DNA of 63,351 nucleotides, counting the filler, from Chiloscyllium plagiosum (lineage: Eukaryota): NCBI RefSeq assembly GCF_004010195.1. It is 3 parts of one record of this genome, joined end to end, with 100 filler letters (N's around TTAATTAATTAA, not from the genome) between each part and the next. Parts side by side here need not be neighbours in the genome. Positions count along the whole stretch, not along the records: positions 44,005 to 63,351 come from NC_057717.1; 2 more parts are not named here. The stretch is one strand, 5' to 3'. The notes under the pieces are model-generated. The model was not told where the DNA came from, did no database searches, and saw only the letters and a program-made list of their open reading frames with translations. A program made the position numbers and the translations under genes. Below, in pieces: positions 58,770 through 63,351 of this stretch. Position 1 is the stretch's first letter. Each line of letters opens with the position of its first letter.

Positions 58770-61495
58770 CACACTGTCCCCAGCCTGCCCCTCACTGCCG
58801 TCTTCACACCGTCCGCAGCCTGACCCTCACTGCCTCCCACACACCGCCCGCAGCCTGACCCTCACTGCCGCCCACACACTACCACCAGCCTGACCCTCAT
58901 CGCTGTCCAATATCGCCCCCAGCTTGACCCTCACTGCCGCCCACACACCAACCCCAGCCTGACCCTCATCGTCGTCCAACACCGCTCCCAGCCTGACACT
59001 CATTGCCGCCCACACACTGGCTCCAGCCTGACCCTCACTGCCACCCACACATTGCCCCATAGCCTGACACTTACTGCCGTCCACTCACCACCCCCAGTCT
59101 GACCCTCACTGCCGCTCACACAACACCCCCAGCCTGACCCTCAACGCCGCCCACACATTGTCCCACAGCCTGACACTCACTAACCCCAGCCTAACCATCA
59201 CCAGCATCTACACACCACACCCAGCCTGACCCTTACCATCGTCTGCACACCACCCTAGTCAGAATCTACATCGCCCCAAGCCTGACCTTCAACGGCATCC
59301 ACACACCTACCCAACCTGATCCTCACTGCCATCCACACACCGACCCAGCCTGACCCTCACTGTAATCCACACATCAACCCAGCCTGACCCTTACCACCGT
59401 CCGCGCACCACCCCAGTCTGACTCTCACCAGAATCCACACTGCCTCCAACCTTACCCTCACCGCCGTCCACACACCGCCCCCAACCTGACCTTCTCCGCC
59501 GTCCACACATCACCCCCGGCCTGGCCTTCACCGGCATCCACACACTACCCCCAGCCTGCACCTCACTGCCATCCACACACTGACCCAGCCTGACCCTTAC
59601 TGCCATCAACACAACGCTCCCAGACTGACACTCAGCGCCATCCACACACTGCCCTCATCCTGACTCTCAGCGACGTCCACACACTGCCCCCAGCCTGACA
59701 CTCACCACCGTCCACACACTGCCGCCAGCCTGACCCTCACCGCCGTCCACACATCGCCCCCAGCCTGACCTTCACCGGCATCCACACACCGACCCAGCCT
59801 CACCCTCACTGCCATCCACACACCGACCCAGCCTGACCCTTACTGCCATCCACACACCGCCCCAGACGGATCTTAACTGCCGCCCATACAATGCCCCCAA
59901 GACTGACCCTCAGCGCCATCCATACACCGCGCCCAGCCTGACCCTCACCACTTTTCAAAGACCGCCCCCAGGCTGGCCCTCACGGATGCCCACACACCGC
60001 CCTCAGCCAGACCCTTACTGCTACCCACAATTCACCCCATCCTGACCCTCACCGCCGTTCAACACCACCCCCGCCTGACCCTCACTGCCGCCCACACACC
60101 ACCCCAGAATGTCCCTCACTGCCGTCCACACACTGCCCCTCAGCCTGACCCTCACTACCGTCCAACACCGCCCCCAGCCTGACCCTCATCACCTTCCAAA
60201 GACTGCCCCCAGGCTGGCCCTCACTGATGCCCACACACCGCCCTCAACCTGGCCCTTACTGCTACCCACAAATCACGCCATCCTGACCCTCACCGCCGTC
60301 CAAGACTGCCCCCAGCCTGACCCTCACTGCCGTTCAACACCACCCCCAGCCTGACAGTCACTGCCATCCACACACCACCCCAGACTGTCCCTCACTGCCG
60401 TCCACACACCGCCCCACCAGCCTGACCCTCACCACCGTCCACACACCGCCCCCAGCCTGACGCTCACCACCTTCCAAAGACCGCCCCCAGGCTGGCCCTC
60501 ACTGCCGTCCACACACTGCCCTTAGCCTTACCCTCACCAATGTCCAACAGCGACCCCAGCCAGACCCTCACTGCCGTCCACAAACCACCCCCCAGCCTGA
60601 CCCTCACCGTCCCGGACTCACTGCCCCCAGCCTGTCCCTCACCGCCCCCAGCTTGTCCTTACCGCCCCCAGCCTGACCTTACCGCCCCCATCCTGACCCT
60701 CACCGCCGTCCAACATTGCCCCCAGCCTGGCCCTCACCCCCCTTNNNNNNNNNNNNNNNNNNNNNNNNNNNNNNNNNNNNNNNNNNNNNNNNNNNNNNNN
60801 NNNNNNNNNNNNNNNNNNNNNNNNNNNNNNNNNNNNNNNNNNNNNNNNNNNNNNNNNNNNNNNNNNNNNNNNNNNNNNNNNNNNNNNNNNNNNNNNNNNN
60901 NNNNNNNNNNNNNNNNNNNNNNNNNNNNNNNNNNNNNNNNNNNNNNNNNNNNNNAACCTGACCCTCAATGTCGCCCACACATTGCCCCACAGCCCGACAC
61001 TCACCGCCGTCCACTCACCGTCCCTAGCCTGACACTCAGCACCGTCCACAAACTGCCCCCAGCCTGGCCCTCACTGCTGCCCACACACCACCCCCAGACT
61101 GACCCTCAATGCAATTCACACACCGCTCCCAGCCTCACCCTCAGTGCCATCCACACACATCCCCCAGGCTGACTCTCACTGCCACCCACATACCGCCCCC
61201 AGCCTGACCCTCACTGCTGCCCACACACCGCCCCCAAACTAACCCTCACCATCGTCCACACACTGCCCCCAGCCAGAACCTCACTGTTCCGCCACACCCC
61301 ACCGCCCAGCCTGACTCTCACCTCCCCGGACCCACTGATCCCAGCCGGACCCTCACCGCACCCAGACTGACCTTACCGCCCCCAGCCTGACATTACCGCC
61401 CCCAGCCTGACCCTCATCACCCCAGACGCACTGTCCCCATCCGGACCCTCACCGCACCCAGCCTGACCTTACCGCCCCCAGCCTGATCCTGACCA
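58770..61495 (-). repeat. 35-bp minisatellite, C-rich orientation
   Basis: Variant order parallels 35510-38255. Confidence 0.95.
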
Positions 61496-61514
61496 CTGTC
61501 CCTGTGAGGGACCC

Positions 61515-63351
61515 TGTGAGGGTTAGTCTTGGCATGGAGTGTAGACGGCGGCGAGGGTCAGGGTGGGGGCGATGTGTGGATGGCGGAAAGGATCAGGCTG
61601 GAGACGGTATTTGCGTGGTTGTGAGGGCCGGACTGAGGACCGTGTGTGGGCGGCAGCGAGGGTCAGACTAGGGGCGGTGTGTGGATGGCGCTGAGGGTCA
61701 GTCTAGGGGTGGTGTGTGGGTGGCAGCGAGGGTCATGCTTGGGGTGGTGTGTAGACTGTGGTGAGGGTCAAGCTGAGGGCTGTGTGTAGACGGCGCCGAG
61801 GGTCAGGTTGTGCGCGGTGTCTGAGCGGCAGTGAGGACCAGGCTGGGCACGGAGTGTGGATGGTGGTGAGGATCAGACTGGGGGCGGTGTGTGGGCGGCA
61901 GCGAGGGTCAGACTAGGGGCGGTGTGTGGATGGCGGAAAGAATCAGACTGGAGACGGTATTTGCGTGGTGGTGAGGGTCAGACTGAGGACCGTGTGTGGG
62001 CGGCAGCGAGGGTCAGACTAGGGGCGGTGTGTGAATGGCGCAGAGGGTCAGTCTAGGGGTAGTGTGTGGGTGGCAGCGAGGGTCATGCTTGGGGTGGTGT
62101 GTAGACTGTGGTGAGGGTCAAGCTGGGGGCTGTGTGTAGACGGCGCCGAGGGTCAGGTTGAGGGCAGTGTGTGAGCAGCAGTGAGGACCAGGCTGGACAC
62201 GGAGTGTGGATGGTTGTGAGGATCAGACTGGGGGCGGTGTGTAGATGGCGCTGAAGGTCTGGCTGAGGGCTTGTGTGGGCGGCAGTGAGAACGTCTGGCT
62301 GAGGGCTTGTGTGGGCGGCAGTGAGAACCAACCTCTGGGTGGAGTGTGGATGGTGGTGAGGATCAGGCTGGTGGCGGTTTGTGGATGGCGCTAAGTGTCG
62401 GGCTGGAGGCGGTGCGTGGGCGGCAGTGGGGGTCAGGTTGGGGTGGTGTTGAACGGTGGTGAGGGACAGGTTGGTGGCAATGTTGGACAGCAGTGAGGGT
62501 CAGGCTGGGGGCAGTAAGGTCAGGCTGGGTGCATTAGGGTCCGGCTGGGGGCAGTGCATCCGGTGCGGTGAGGGTCTGGCTGGGGGCGGTATGTAGCCGA
62601 TAGTGAGGGTTAGTTTGGGGGCGGTGTGTGGCCAGCAGTGAGGGTCAGGCTGGGGGCGGTATGTGGGTGGCAGTGAGAGTCAGCCTGGGGGATGTGTGTG
62701 GATGGCACTGAGGGTGAGGCTGGGAGCGGTGTGTGAATTGCATTGAGGGTCAGTCTGGGGGTGGTGTGTGGGCAGCAGTGAGGGCCAGGCTGGGGGCAGT
62801 TTGTGGACGGTGCTGAGTGTCAGGCTAGGGACGGTGAGTGGACGGCGGTGAGTGTCGGGCTGTGGGGCAATGTGTGGGCGACATTGAGGGTCAGGTTAGG
62901 AGCGATGTTGGATGATGGTGAAGGTCAGGCTGTAGGTGGTGTGTGGGTGGCAGTAAGGGTCAGGCTGGGGGCGGTGTGTGGGCGGCAGTGAGGGTCAGGC
63001 TGGGGGCGGTGTTGGACGGCGGTGAGGGTCAGTCTGAGGGTGGTGTTGAACGGCGGTGAGGGTCAGGCTGGGGGCAATGTTGGACGGCGGTGAGGGACAG
63101 GCTGGGGGCAGTAAGGTCAGGCTGGGGCGGTAAGGTCAGGCTGGGGTCGGTGAGGGTCCAGCTGGGGTTAGTGAGTCCAGGGTGGTGAGAGTCAGGCTGG
63201 GGGTAGCGTGTGGATGATGGTGAGGGTCAGGCTGGGGGCGGTGTGTGGATGGCGCTGAGAATCAGGCTGAGGGCAGTGTGTGGACGGTGGTGACTGTCAG
63301 GCTGTTGGCGGTGTGTGGATGGCGCTTAGGGTCAGGCTGGGATGGTGTGTG
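61515..63351 (+). repeat. 35-bp minisatellite, G-rich orientation
   Basis: Follows the second fold-back junction; its start parallels 38275 onward. Confidence 0.95.

Larger units (their letters stand above)
50449..61495. repeat. Segmental duplication arm A (second copy), with an internal ~2.5-kb tandem duplication
   Basis: Collinear with 30581-38255; about 51278-53183 is repeated at 53776-55643. Confidence 0.9.

Overview
Repeat-saturated vertebrate genomic DNA, most likely elasmobranch (shark). That is inferred from HE1/V-SINE-like tRNA SINEs, HER1/CR1 LINEs, Penelope-type palindromic elements and a 33-bp Deu-SINE-like minisatellite. Many N gaps interrupt the window and I can support no host protein-coding gene. 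Main contents: (1) several decayed CR1 LINEs; (2) the 3' half of a decayed ERV1/epsilon-like endogenous retrovirus on the minus strand, with integrase C-terminus, a gamma-type env (CWIC, RTRR furin site, ISD/CX6CC, TM helix) and 3' LTR; (3) a 727-bp solo LTR with a 4-bp TSD; (4) short palindromic Penelope-like insertions carrying hammerhead-ribozyme cores, two with clear TSDs; (5) five minisatellite families (about 70-bp tRNA-head, 29-bp highly diverged, 35-bp G-rich, 23-bp with a 207-bp higher-order repeat, 33-bp); (6) from about 28.8 kb to the end, an alternating inverted segmental array A-A'-A-A' whose two fold-back centres share an identical 30-bp hairpin-containing junction 23,242 bp apart. 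All family assignments come from motif recognition by eye, with no database search.
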